Part shown: positions 28,717 to 42,090 of the stretch, piece after piece
Numbering within the stretch: position 1 is the first letter of the stretch
How the letters are laid out: each line of letters begins with the position of its first letter
Assembly (NCBI GenBank): GCA_951406725.2
Contig: OX597822.1
Span: 1,674,001-1,738,000 of the forward strand
DNA: 64,000 nt
Origin: Octopus vulgaris
Lineage: Eukaryota
Direction of reading: 5' to 3'
Notes under the pieces: model-generated
Seen by the model: only the letters and a program-made list of their open reading frames with translations
Databases searched by the model: none
Told to the model about the DNA's origin: nothing
Made by a program: the position numbers and the translations under genes

Positions 28717-28720
<4 letters not shown>
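28511..28720 (+). mobile_element. Non-coding hammerhead-bearing element abutting (TA)n
   Basis: About 210 bp; closely matches the reverse complement of 39624-39834. Confidence 0.85.
28585..28619 (+). ncRNA. Type I minimal hammerhead ribozyme
   Basis: gttt-CTGACGA-a-gagc tcc gctc-GAAAC-GTT-aaat; palindromic AACGTT in place of stem III. Confidence 0.75.
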
Positions 28721-28765
<45 letters not shown>

Positions 28766-28855
28766 TTCTAATATAGGATAAAAAATTTTTCCCCCAAACA
28801 ATTTCATCAAAGTGACAGCATATTAAAACACCTTTAAAGGTGGACATTTATAAAC

Positions 28856-29041
28856 AATTCATAAACAAGGGTAAAAGAAAAAATTACTATGCCAATATGC
28901 TGAGAATAGACTTAAATCGTCAACCACCACATTACAATATACATTTACCATGAATGTACGTCGTGCTGAAGTCGTGGATGGCAAGTCTATTCTCAGCATA
29001 TTGGCATAGAAATTTTTTTCTTTTACCCTTGTTTATGAATT
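28856..29041. repeat. ~58 bp inverted repeat in a (TA)n-flanked segment
   Basis: aattcataaacaagggtaaaag...gagaatagactt / aagtctattctc...cttgtttatgaatt. Confidence 0.85.
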
Positions 29042-29078
29042 ATATATATATGCATACATATATATATATACATAAATA

Positions 29079-29116
<38 letters not shown>

Positions 29117-29248
29117 TAAATTTTTTTGCTGAACCCTAATTATATAAAGTAATGTTTTAAATATACCGTGAATGGTCTTTTTACATACTGAACATTGCTT
29201 GGTAAAATTATTAATTACTAATTAATTAATTTTACTCTCATTATTATT

Positions 29249-29294
<46 letters not shown>

Positions 29295-29515
29295 GCATCT
29301 ATGTTTGTCACGACCACGCTTGACAACCGGTGTTGCTATATTTACATCGGATACTTAGCGGCTCGGAAAAGGTGACTGATAGAATAAGTGCCAAGTTTTA
29401 AAAACAAAAAAAAAACAACAATTACTGGGGTCGATTCATTCGAATAGAATTCTTCGTGGTGGTACCCCAGCATGACCACAGTCTTGTGTCTGAAACTGGT
29501 AAAAGATAAAAGAGT
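29295..29515 (+). mobile_element. SINE 3' half (family of 53173)
   Basis: cgcttgacaaccggtgttg, gatagaataagt, ggggtcgatt, cagcatgaccacagtc. Confidence 0.7.
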
Positions 29516-29599
29516 ACATTATAATTCCCTCTAATGGCGAAAAGTAGAGTTCACACACAATTTGGTGACTCTTGGAAAATGAACGAGACAAAAAAAAAA

Positions 29600-29880
29600 C
29601 GTAAGCGACTGAAAATTGCTGTTCCTGTAAAGGGTCTCTGGAGTAACTTTCCTCGACCAGGTACGTAGGTCGGAGATCAAGGACTCTTTCCATGCAGAGG
29701 CGTAATGTACTACAGATATGTGATAAGAATGTAGCTGAAAGGCATCGTAAGACGGACTCTCCCAACCGAGCCAATCGGCAGGGCAGAAGACCTAGAAGTA
29801 GACTAAGAAGGAAATGGATGTATAACATCGATAGTCTTAGATGGTCACTCTTGGAAATCTAACCGGGAAGTATTGTGACG
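29600..29880 (+). pseudogene. Decayed RTE-type LINE ORF2 C-terminal fragment
   Basis: GRRPRSRLRRKW..NI..L.W..L segment resembling the G.R.RGRP...W motif. Confidence 0.5.
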
Positions 29881-29885
29881 CTTGT

Positions 29886-30945
29886 TTCTTATTTCCTTAC
29901 TGCCCACAAGGGGCTACACACAGGGCGACAAACAAGGACAGACAAAGGGGGTTGTCTGTCCTGGTGCGTAACTGGTATTTAATTTATAGACCCCGAAAGG
30001 ATGAAAGACAAAGTCGACCTCGACGGAATTTGAACTCAGAACGTAACGGCAGACAAAATACCTATTTCTTTACTGCCCACAAGGGGCTAGACACAGAGGG
30101 GGCAAACAAGAACAGACAAACGGATGAAGTCGATTATATCGACCCCAGTGCGTAACTGGTACTTATTTAATCGACCCCGAAAGGATGAAAGGCAAAGTCG
30201 ACCTCGGCGGACGAAATACCTATTTCTTTACTGCCCGCAAGGGGCTAGACACAGAGGTGGAAAACAAGAACAGACAAACGAATTAAGTCGATTATATCGA
30301 CCCCAGTGCGTAACTGGTACTTATTTAATCGACCCCGAAAGGATGAAAGGCAAAGTCAACCTCGGCGGAATTTGAACTGAGAACGTAACGGCAGACGAAA
30401 TACCTATTTCGTTACTGCCCACAAGCGGCTAAACACAGAGGGGCAAACAAGAACAGACAAACGGATGAAGTCGATTATATCGACCCCAGTGCGTAACTGG
30501 TACTTATTTAACCGGGAAGTATTGTGACGCTCGTTTATTATTTCCTTACTGCCCACAAGGGGCTACACACAGGGCGACAAACAAGGACAGACAAAGGGGG
30601 TTGTCTGTCCTGGTGCGTAACTGGTATTTAATTTATCGACCCCGAAAGGATGAAAAACAAAGTCGACCTCGGCGGAATTTGAACTCAGAACGTAGCGTCA
30701 GACGAAATACCTATTTCTTTATTACCCACAAGGGGCTAAACATAGAGGGGACAAACAAGGACAGACATAGGTATTAAGTCGATTACATCGACCCCAGTGC
30801 GGAACTGGTACTTAATTTATCGACCCCGAAAGTATGAAAGGCAAAGTCAACCTCGGCGGAATCTGAACTCACAACGTAACGGCAGACGAAATACCGCTAA
30901 GTATTTCGCCCGGTGTGCTAACGTTTCTGCCATCTCTCCGCCGCC
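29886..30945 (-). repeat. Tandem array of SINE bodies (about 6-7 units) with a single head near 30945
   Basis: Repeated ctgcccacaaggggcta...gaccccgaaaggatgaaa...gtcgacctcggcgg; the junction aaccgggaagtattgtgacg occurs at 29861 and 30510. Confidence 0.9.
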
Positions 30946-31889
30946 TGTGACGCTTGGTTCTGACTGGACTATGTTGGGGATTTGCCTCAGGATTCTACCC
31001 CCACGATTCTACCCCCATGACCCTTCGAGAAATAGTGGGCAGAGACAATTGATGGATGGATGAAGTTTTATTAGTGGATGGATGGATAGATGGATGGATG
31101 GATGGACTGATGCATGGATGAAAGAGGAATTTTAAAATGCAGAGATTAATAAGTGTTGAAGCAAATTTCGTATCTGCAGTCAATTTGTAAGCTAAGAATT
31201 CTTATACCACCGCATTACAACGTCTATGAACAGATAAAACGAAGAAAATATCTTACTGATATAATCCCCTTCCCATTACAATTGCTTCAAATTCCAGTCA
31301 CTAAACAAGTACAGATGGCGCTTTAGAATTCATCAGAAATTTATATCATAAATTTGCATCTTGGCTTTTCAGTTTGTTGGAATTTCAAGTAGAAGACTTC
31401 AACATTATTTATTCAGTATGCAGTTTTAGTAGTTTCTATTGAACTAATTTTTAGGCGTAGTATGGCTGAATGGTTTAGACATTTGTTCCGTCACCATGTA
31501 GTCAAGGGTTCGGTCCCACTGCCTTGCACCTTGAGCAAATTTTATTTTCTTTAGCATTACGTGAAACTGGGTCGATGGAACTTCTAGAAGTTCACCTACT
31601 TCCGTTTTTCTAGATGACACCGCCTTGCAACACACTCGCTATCACGTTAATCCTGATTAAGAACGACATTAAAAGTACGTGTATCTGTAGGTATACTCAG
31701 CCATGTCAGACGTTCATTAAGCAGGTAATTCGGATGATTGAACGACTGAATCCTTATAGACGTACGATGGCGATCCTCTCCTTCCATCATTTAATAGATT
31801 TTTATATTACACAATTAGCTATAGCGCCCCGACAAAATACTTTGCGGTATCTTGTCACGGTTCGTTATGTTCTGAGATCAAATCCTGTT

Positions 31890-32100
31890 GAGATGCTAAA
31901 AAGTTCCTGGCTTTAAGGGTAGCGCGGAAGGCCTGGCTGGAGGCCTACCCTTCCGACTTCTTTTACAGGGTTTAGAGAACTTGAAGGACAGCTACATCTG
32001 TGTGAATCTAGTTGGGAAATATGTTGCATAAAATCATAATTAGCTGATGCCCCTAGGTTCTCTTTTACCCAAAGCCAGGAACTATTCTGTTCACCCTCGT
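31890..32100. mobile_element. Mariner-derived MITE
   Basis: aaaagttcctggcttt / aaagccaggaact TIRs ending ccctcgta; second copy at 41905-42090. Confidence 0.75.
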
Positions 32101-33007
32101 ACATATCACTCTTTCAAGGTCAATTAAAATATATTCCAGTTAAGTCTCGGGTTCATATAATTGATCAATCTTTCCTTCTAAATTTCTTTCTTTCTGTATA
32201 ATGCATTGATACAAATTTTAAAAGATTATAAAACTGAATTAAGTACCTTGCAGTTATACAGGTACACCCGGAGTTCAAATCCCGCCGAGGTCGACTTACA
32301 TTTCATTCTTATTGGGTCCCTGAAATAAAGAAGTCGTGTATTATGATCGAATTTATACGGCTGCCTTCCGCTCTGTGTATGATTTATAGCTAATTTTTTT
32401 TTGGAAGAGGCGATGAATCACAAAACTGGTAGATTTAGTCGTTCCATTACTTCTGCATGGTCCGATCTCAAACTTCACCGAATCGATATAATAAGCAATT
32501 CTTAGGTCTTGTGCATTAGCTAGAAATCTTTAATATTCCTTAGAGTATTGGATATAATCGATTACCATACTACACAACATTTTTGGCCTTGAGCTAATGT
32601 TGGAAATTAATTTTTAATAGAGATTTTTTTTTCTTTGGACATAAACTGAGAGATCGATAAGCTATATACTAGACATGTACGTAGATCGATGAAGCGACTA
32701 TACTTATATACTATAAATTTGTGACTGAGATATCAATGTAATTTTAAGCAGACTTTATAGAAAGCTCAAAGTTTGCAGAACTATTTAGGCGAGGCGAAAT
32801 GAAATCACTTTTAACGTTGTAATTCAATAGTTTTCGCAAGCTAAATGATATTGTACAGCTTTTATAAGAAAAGAAAATTGTCCAAATTATCCGTTAGGCG
32901 TATTCGCAGCAAGAAATAAAAGAAAAGAAACGTTGCTAAAAGTTTGTGTGTGTGTTGTGTGTTGGGTGTGTACTTGTATGTGTGTATGTGTGTGCATGCG
33001 AGTATAC

Positions 33008-33179
<172 letters not shown>

Positions 33180-34249
33180 CTATGTATGAAATGTATACAT
33201 AATGTATTTGTAATATATGTATGTGTGTATACATATATATATATACACATATGCATATATATATATACACATATATATGCATCTATATATATAGTAAAAC
33301 ATAGTGGGAGGAAAGGAGAGAGAGAGAGAGAGTAAGAAAGAGAATTGCTATTACCATTCGCTAACAGATGGGTGTAAGACTTATCGATCAAAGTGTATAC
33401 CGCACAAAGAAAATGGACGACCTAACAAAACAAAAGAAGCAATAGTACCCGGTTGTTGGTTACTTCCGTGATGTGCAATGGTGATAATGAATTTACAAAG
33501 CACTAGCTATATACAACTTCATGCTAGACTATGCAATATGTACAGGAACCGCTGACGAGAGGCTGTAGTAGATGGCGTAATTGCCCTCAAACACGAAATA
33601 CAAGCGGTAAATAGAAAGCTGATATCGTAGTTAATTACAGGAACAGAGCTCTATCTGTCCTATGTTTGCATCAAACTTGCAAACGTTTGTATCACTGTTT
33701 GTGAAGTCACACTCTCAAGGTTGTAATTGTTCCTCCATCTGATGATGAACAGAATCTGAAATGTAAATAAACGGCACAGCTACGATGCACTATGATTAAA
33801 TGAACTAAAGAGTGAACAGGATGCAAGTTTCTCTCCTAAACATAACATCACCATTGAAACGTGGCACTAGTTGTTGCAAAACTACCGTATAGAAAGTTTT
33901 ACAAGAGACGTGGTATAGTATATTACCGGTATAGGAAGTTCAATACGTTGAACAGAGAAGCTTTCACATCTCTGTACAATTTGAGAGTTCCATGACAAAT
34001 AAGGACATTATATACACACATTAAGAATATTAGATATTGACTTCAAGTTTTGGTACAGCTCCAGCAATTTCGGGATAAGGAGGAAGTCAGCGATAAAGAC
34101 ACCAGTAGTCAACAGCAACTAAAGTCCTACAATCTTATAACCATTGCATAATGTAATATAGTCTAAAGTACGTTATATCTGATGAAAAGACAGAATAATC
34201 ATGAATAGATTGTATTTCATAACACCAGCACAACTGTAGCCGACTTAGG

Positions 34250-34580
34250 ACTTTATCGACCCGGAAAGGATGGAAGGCAGAGTAGACCCTGGCGCTATTC
34301 AAGCTCAGAACGAAATGCCGCTAAGCATTTTGTCCGACGCGGTAACTATGCTATCGGCTCTATGCCTTAAGAATATGAAATATCGTTTACAAGTCTCGGC
34401 ACAAGGCGAGCAATTTTGAGGGAGGAAGTAAGTAAATTAGATCGACCCTGGATTCAAGAGGTACTTATGTCATCGACCCCGAAAGGATGAATGGCAGAGT
34501 GACCTTAGCACTGTTCGAACTCAGAACGTAAATTTGGACGAAATGCCGCTAAGCATTTTGTTCGACGGTAACGATTCTAC
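34250..34580 (-). mobile_element. Two decayed SINE fragments (family of 23181)
   Basis: atcgaccc(g/c)gaaaggatg...gaaatgccgctaagcattttg occurs twice. Confidence 0.7.
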
Positions 34581-34630
34581 TAGTTCTAAAAGAAGAGGTA
34601 CGTATAAGTTTTTACTCTCGTATACATACA

Positions 34631-35503
34631 CAGAGTGCGATGGGTAAATTGTCAACATTTCATGTTTTAATTTCGTGCATGCGCACTGTTTGTTTGTTTT
34701 TTTATTTTGCCGACTACACAGAACGCTAGGGTCAGTTGAGAAAAACAGCACCATGTCACCATTCACTCAGTTGGAAATTTGGAAACGATATGCTGTACTG
34801 CTTGACATTCGCACCGGAAGCTCCAATACGAACATTTTAAGTGTTTGGGTGTCAACCGTTGGCTTGCCGTGTCCCCAAAACATGTACCGAGAGTGATAAA
34901 AATCAAACATCCAGTCAACATTATGGTGTTTGGAGTGATCACTAGTGATAGCAACGTTACGCCTCCATTCATCTTCTCAAACTGCCTCAGACTCAACACG
35001 GAGGCCTATATCAAGTGCCTGGAGGAATTAGTGTTGCCCTGGGTCAAGAGGGTGGCTGCTGGAAGAGCCTATGTCTAACAACAGGACTCTGCACCATGCT
35101 ACACAAGCAGGAGAACCCAGTCACGGCTGTCAGATAATTTCTGCGACTACATCACCCCTAATACCTGGCCACCTAACTCCCCAGACTACAACCCCCTTGA
35201 TTATTATGTGTGGGGCACAGTTGAGCGAGAAACCCACAAAACCCCTTTTAACACCAATAATGAATTGAAGGCAAAGACTATGGCAACATTCATCAACTTA
35301 AACAAAGAGAACGTCCCGAAGAGTGGCAGGACATTCCGAAGTCGTTTGGAGGTTGAAGCCAATGTCGACTTAATGAATAAATTTACTCTTTAGTATTTCA
35401 AGATATTTTTATGTAATTTTGGTAAATATATATGTTAAAATGAGATGTCACGGTTATTTTCATTTTTGCGTAATTTAGACAACAGTTTTTTCACCGCACC
35501 ATG
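34631..35503 (+). mobile_element. Internally deleted Tc1/mariner element of the DD37D (maT) type
   Basis: Imperfect TIRs cagagtgcgatgg / tcaccgcaccatg; IMVFGVITSD; QQD-37 residues-D in QQDSAPC...WPPNSPDYNPLDYYVW; one in-frame stop. Confidence 0.85.
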
Positions 35504-36439
35504 TGTGAGTGTGTGTGTTAGTGTGTGTGTACGCGTTTGTATCTGTGGTCGTCCCCTACAACCGCTTGCTAATCTGTGTTGTTTATTTACGTCCGTTTAA
35601 TCTAGCATTTCAGCAATAGAACCGTTAAAATAAGTACCAGGGTTTAAAAAATTAGTACTGGTATCCACTCGTTCGATTAAAACCCTTCATGATCTTGTTC
35701 CTGCATGACCACTGTCCAATGATCGAAACACATTAAAGATCAAATGATACAAAAAGATATATATTGTACACAAGTTGCTTAATGTGCCCCTTGCACGTAA
35801 GTCCGAATCAAAGTTGGGGTTGAGTGAGAAGTTTGCAGAAAGTAAAGAAAGAGTTTGGTATTTCACGAAACAAAATTTCGCCATTAATACTTAGAGTAAC
35901 GAATGAGGACGGAGAACTGGCAGAATCGTTCGAACATCGAGTACAGCGATTCTACGGCATTTCGTCAGTGTTTATGTCTGAGTTCAATTTCCACAGACGC
36001 CGACTTTGCTTTCAGCCGTTTAGGTCGATAAAATAAGCACCAGTTAAACACTTCAATAATAAGTCTCTATATATTATGACAAGAAGAGAAAGGGACGAGA
36101 GAGTGAGGGTGGTGGGTTGGTGCTAAAAGCATGACATCTATTTGTGAGATGATCAGCAAATAGAATACACACAAAACCTTTCCTAAGTATGTACATCAGA
36201 TATTATTTCAAAGAAGCCGACTTAATCCCTACACGGAAATTGTCGGCCTTGTGCCAAAAGTTTAAATTAGTTCTTAAAGTAAGGAATCAGAGAGGTATTT
36301 CTGAAATCCACAGACAGTATGGTGGAATATTCAAATAAAAATTTAGAATACAATGCAAATGCAACGAACCTCACATCTGTGTATGAGACAGACAACACAG
36401 GTCATGATATAGGCAGACTGGAGGTTCACGGCTCAGTTC

Positions 36440-36706
36440 AAGAACTGGGTGAACTGAGCCGTGATGTACTTCTCCCAACTCCACTTCTCAACTGGCGGAA
36501 ATGCGCGGGCGGGCAGCTGAAGACCTGGGTTACGACGATCAAGGAGGACCTCTCCGTGCTCACGGGTCCGCAGGTGGTCGGCCTGCGCCGATGGAACCGT
36601 GACTAGCTCGCTATCTCTAGTGAGCTGGAACAGGACCGTCGTGCGTGGACTGCCATGGTTCGAGATGGCTTAAGGGTGGTAGAAGGAGCCGACTCAACCC
36701 GCCCAG
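36440..36706 (+). mobile_element. RTE-clade LINE 3' end
   Basis: GELSRDVLLPTPLLNWRKCAGGQLKTWVTTIKEDL...GPQVVGLRRWNRD*...QDRRAW; GC-rich island next to (TA)n. Confidence 0.75.
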
Positions 36707-36736
36707 ACATATATATATATATGAAGACATATATGT

Positions 36737-36794
<58 letters not shown>

Positions 36795-36934
36795 GTGTGT
36801 GTGTCTGTGTGTTTAGAAAAAACAGATATAATTGTAATCAAGGCACACAAGCCACACATATGCATACATACGTGCACATTACCACATGTCATACACAAAG
36901 ATACACACAAAATACACCTCCATATATATATATA

Positions 36935-36982
<48 letters not shown>

Positions 36983-37050
36983 TGCATCATGTATATACAT
37001 ATACATGTATGCATGCATCATGTGTATGCGTATATATGTATGTGTGTATG

Positions 37051-37082
<32 letters not shown>

Positions 37083-37251
37083 GTACCATGCCTGAAATGT
37101 TTTTTATAAAATTACTTTAGGATCTGGTGGGCTAAAATACCCTTGACTTTTTTCCATATATATCAACTCGTGTGTCCCGTTTCAACCTTCTACGTAAAAC
37201 TATAAATACTGTAGGTGGTTTATTAACAATTTAACAACCAAAAGGCAAATT

Positions 37252-37446
37252 TATAGACGTCACTAAAGTGACAGAGGGTACAATGTTTTACCAGTATTAC
37301 TAGAAATATGAGTCAAACCGACTCACTAGCTATAAGAGCACTCCGGCTTTACTAGAAATAGGAGTCAAACCGAATGAGAGTCGGTTAGTGAGTCGGTTTG
37401 ACTTATTTCTAGCAATGTACTCTCTGTCACTTTAGTGATGTCTATA
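37252..37446. mobile_element. MITE with ~30 bp TIRs and subterminal repeats
   Basis: tatagacgtcactaaagtgacagagggtaca / tgtactctctgtcactttagtgatgtctata; actagaaata..agtcaaaccga twice direct and once inverted. Confidence 0.85.
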
Positions 37447-38178
37447 TGTGCATGCATATATATCTATACACGCACACAAACAGATATTAATATTCATGTG
37501 TGTTTATAAATGTGTGCGAGTACGTTTGTGTGTATGCGCGTAATGACAGACAACGGTTGCTTGTTCTATGAAAAGCTCACGAGATATTGAAGAAAGATAA
37601 AATGATGGAATTATCTTGAAAGCAAGAAAATCTATCATAACACAATTACGTTTAAAGTGCATGAGACTACAAACCAAAAATATTTCGGTACGCGCTCTAT
37701 AGTTAATTAATACAGCAAGCAATACTAGAATATCTTGGCACAATAGAGAGAATTCTGACTTAGAAATTCTATAAATATTTCCTTTATTGAATTTCAAGAG
37801 ACTAATGCAACGTACTATAACTAATATCTTGCCTTCTTTATTTATTTATGAAGTATCGTGTTTGCTGTTTTGTGGACATACGTCTGTTATATTTTGTGGG
37901 CACCGAATTTACCTGAAACAAAGCATATTATTTGTACGCCATCTCATTGTCTAGCTCATTTATTGAGTGTTTACGAAACATTTTGCTCGAGATGTGTGAC
38001 AATCTCCTATGATTATTTATTAATCGAATAAGTGTGCAGGACTTAATATTTTGCCCAGTTTAACACCGCTGCTGTAAAGCGAATGAACGAGACCCTACGT
38101 TCTCGTTCGTCCTGCTAGAAACAGCAGCTAAATTGTTTATAAGTCCTATCATTATATAACCACCACATAGGATAATAT

Positions 38179-38497
38179 GTGGAAGCGCAATGGCCCAGTG
38201 GTTAGGGCAGCGGACTCGCGGTCAGAGGATCGCGGTTTCGATTCCTGGACAGGGCGTTGTGTGTGTTTATTGAGCGAAAGCACTTAAAGCTCCACGAGGC
38301 TCCGGCAGGGGATGGTGGCGACCCCTGTTGTACTCTTTCACCACACAACTTTCTCTCACTCTTTCTTTCTGTTTCTTGAGCAACGCTGCGATGGACTGGC
38401 GTCCCATCCAGCTGGGGGGAACACATACGCCACAGAAACCGGGAAACCGGGCCCATGAGCTTGGCTAGGCTTAAAAAGGGCGTATAAATAAAAAAAA
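38179..38497 (+). mobile_element. Full-length tRNA-derived SINE (fourth family) with 14 bp TSD
   Basis: A-box tggcccagtgg; B-box ggtttcgattcc; A-rich tail; ACATAGGATAATAT at 38165-38178 and 38498-38511. Confidence 0.9.
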
Positions 38498-38754
38498 ACA
38501 TAGGATAATATAGTCTAAAATATGTTATATCTGATGGAAAGACGGAAGAGTCAGGAAGACATTGTATTTCATAACTACAGCAGATCCGTAGCCGACTTAG
38601 GACTTAACAATTTGGATTTCAACCGAGTTCACTTATCAATTATCCTGGATTTAATAGTAGTAACATATTTCCTTGATACAAACCACTGTATCATACCAAC
38701 ATCTACCTACCTACCTACCTACCTACCTACCTACCTACCTATCTATCTATCTAC

Positions 38755-38789
<35 letters not shown>

Positions 38790-39385
38790 CCTACCTATCT
38801 ATCTTTCTATATATCTATCTATCAACACACACATGCATATACATATAAATATGTGAATATACATAAGCATATATATGTATAGATATATAGAGGAAAGAAC
38901 TTGGACATTGACCTAGCGCCCCTCCATTTCGATTGTTACATATGTTTCAGTATTCCGCAACACGATGTCAGACTAGAGCTACAGGAAATAGATGCACTTT
39001 ACAGAATAAGCATGGTGAGCAAACACGCCATCAGACAGTTATGGAGTTCTTCCTACATTACTAGCCGATGTTTGATCTCGCTGACCATTGCTGGCGCTGC
39101 AGGGTGCATCGACTGGTAACACCTATAGTGTGAGGTTATGTGTTGATGAATAATAAAACGCATGTAACAAAACAAATACAGGAGTGCTAAGTCAATGCCC
39201 AAGTTCTTTTCTCTTGTTATCGCTGTGTTCTTTGTATTATATCACAGCCTACACTCGAATATGAACGACCATCAGGGATAAACGCGATTAGCATTAGAGC
39301 CCAAACCTAAATTGTTTAATTATGAAGCTTCAAGCGACACTAACCTCATATATATATATATTTATATATATATATATACATATAC

Positions 39386-39446
<61 letters not shown>

Positions 39447-39526
39447 ATATATATATATACATAAATATATACATACATATATATATATACATATATATAC
39501 ATATATATATATACATATCTATATAT

Positions 39527-39620
<94 letters not shown>

Positions 39621-39623
39621 AAA

Positions 39624-39834
39624 GTTAATCTAAGCATGAAAACACAAAGAGAAAAGAGAACAACGTGAGGGCGTGGAACAAGTATAGTGTTATTGGACGC
39701 TCAGGAAGGGAAAGAAAGAGGAAGGATTTAACGTTTCGAGCGGAGCTCTTCGTCAGAAACATAGGAAAAGGAAAGATCCAAGGAAGGGAAGACGGAGGGA
39801 AAAAATCGCCAACGGTACACACGCTGTCACATTT
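39624..39834 (-). mobile_element. Non-coding hammerhead-bearing element between microsatellites
   Basis: Reverse complement of the family at 28511-28720. Confidence 0.85.
39726..39760 (-). ncRNA. Type I minimal hammerhead ribozyme
   Basis: Minus strand gtttCTGACGAagagctccgctcGAAACGTTaaat, identical to 28585-28619. Confidence 0.75.
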
Positions 39835-40035
39835 TGAATGAACGTATATATATATATATATATATATACGTACAAAAGCGCAAGAACATATATTTAAATA
39901 TTGCTTCAATATACATGTAAACAGAGTGACCTACACGCACGCGCGCACACACGCATGTATATACATACATGCACATATGTGTGTATGCATAATTGTAGAT
40001 TATATCTAGTATACATATTTAGGAAATACCTTGTG

Positions 40036-40822
40036 GGATCTTTGTGGTTATCGTCACTGCATGTCGAGATGTAATTTTTGACGCTGAATCCGAATTTGTT
40101 ATTTATTTATTGCAGAAAAAAATTGTAAACATTTTACAGGTGTTGAAAGTTTGATAATTTTCAGAATTTCCAGCCATTACCTGTCACAGTAGCGAGAAAG
40201 AGGGCGGGGGTGGGGGTGGGGGGGCGGCATGTCAAAACATATATCTAGTTACAGTAAACAGTGAAAAACATTGAAAGATTCGCGAGTAAATTAAATATTT
40301 AAAAGATTCGAGCAGACCAACTGGAGTTGCTAGAAATAACAGTCAAACATTGCTTCAAACATATATTTATTAGTCAGAAACTCAAGAACGAGAGTTTGGA
40401 GTACACTCCAATTATCTTTCTCGTGTCTTCTCCACATAAATTCACAAAGATAAGTGTCAATCATGGAACGGTGTGTCCTACACCGGCGTTTGTTTCCACT
40501 CTTTAAAGATACTCAGGTACATTCAATTTGTTGATTACATTCAATTTGGTGGTTACACTCTTTGTGCGCATGTGAAGCATCTTTTAGTGCTTCTTTGCTT
40601 AATATGCTAAAAGAACTTTACGGCGATGTGTAAATTACTCGCTTCTAACAGGCAAAAATACCTAAATGCTGCAAATTTTAAAGGCTAACAATTTTTTTAA
40701 TCATGAAATTATAGGGAAAATGAATTTCATTTTCATAATTAGTATACAAAACTTAATCCATATACCAAATTTGAAAACAATTGGAACAAAATTGTAGACA
40801 GCGATGATAACCACAAAGATCC
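40036..40822. mobile_element. Non-autonomous DNA transposon with 24 bp TIRs (GGATC start)
   Basis: ggatctttgtggttatcgtcactg / cagcgatgataaccacaaagatcc; no coding remnant; TSD not clear. Confidence 0.75.
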
Positions 40823-41761
40823 GGTTTGTATTGCTCATCATCTCACAAACAGATGTAATGCTTTTAGCGCCAACTCCCCTTCACTCTCTCATCCTCTCCC
40901 CTCTCTTCGTAGTATATAGAGAGAGCTACTTTCATATCATTCTTCGCCATCATCTCTTGAAAACTTGTAGCTTACTCCTCTAAACTTTCTCGTAGAGAAT
41001 TTTGGTGCTTACATACTTTCTTTTATTTATCCCCCAAGCTCTCAATCTTCCCTTTTAATTTTTCCTTCTCTCGCCCCCCTCTCTCTCTCTTTCTCTCTCG
41101 CTCGCATACCAGCTGACTTCTTTCTTTGTCTCCCTCTAACTCATACTCTTTCTTGCTTACTTCCTTTCTATCTTTACTTCTACTTTCTTCAAAATTTACT
41201 CTTTTACCTCTCGCTTCATTATTTAAAGTTATCCTCACGCTATCCCTACAACTCTATAACCACCACTACGTCTCCAACTGTCGTTCCCAAATTTCTTTCA
41301 TTTTTTTTTTTATCCTTTCTCTTGTTTTCTATTCCTCTCAATTTTTCACCTATCCTTTCACATTTCCTTATTTCCTCTTCTATATGCTTGTTCACATTTT
41401 CACACATGTTGTGACTGTAACTAAACAGTCAACACTGACATCATTCGTAAATGTATTTTTGTAATTGTTCCACTTTGCTATGTCATCGTCATATAAAATA
41501 TTTTTTGTGCAATTCCTCCTCATCTTACAATTGTGTTTTTATTTATGTGTAGCGAATCAGTCGTAAAAGAGTTGATCGAATTTGGTCCATGGCGGAATTT
41601 GATGTTTCGAACATAAATTATAATTTACAGTTTAAATTCATTATAATGAGATAATCCGTAATTTTCAATACTGGATGCATCTTGTGAACTTAATAGAACG
41701 GCATCACTATGCAAGTAAAATTTTGTGGGTGCCACCTCGTAATCATGACTAATTATATGTC

Positions 41762-41805
<44 letters not shown>

Positions 41806-41904
41806 ATTTAATAAATTGTGCCTTCAGCAATAATCCCACAGAAATATGCCACACATACACTGGTCTCTGCTGTGATGACAGCAGAAATACAAATAGCTGC
41901 TGGC

Positions 41905-42090
41905 TCTAAGTTCCTGTTTTTAAGGGTGTCACCAAAGGTCTGGTTGGAGGCCCAAACTTCCGAGTTCTTTTACAAGGCTTTGAAAAGCTGAAGGACCGCT
42001 GAATCTGAGAGGGGAATATGTTGAAACATAACTGATCCTCCTGTATTTTCTGTTTCCCAAGGGCGGGAACGTTTCGGTACCCCCTCGTAG
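41905..42090. mobile_element. Mariner-derived MITE (second copy)
   Basis: Matches 31890-32100; ends ccctcgta. Confidence 0.7.

Noticed and set aside
29886-30945. Repeat array superficially like CRISPR
   Set aside because: Units are contiguous SINE bodies without unique spacers, in eukaryotic DNA
33548-33608. accg-CTGACGA-gaggc...gccctc...GAAA...cggt hammerhead-like motif
   Set aside because: Stems I and II are plausible, but GAAA is displaced and there is no proper stem III or cleavage triplet; at best decayed
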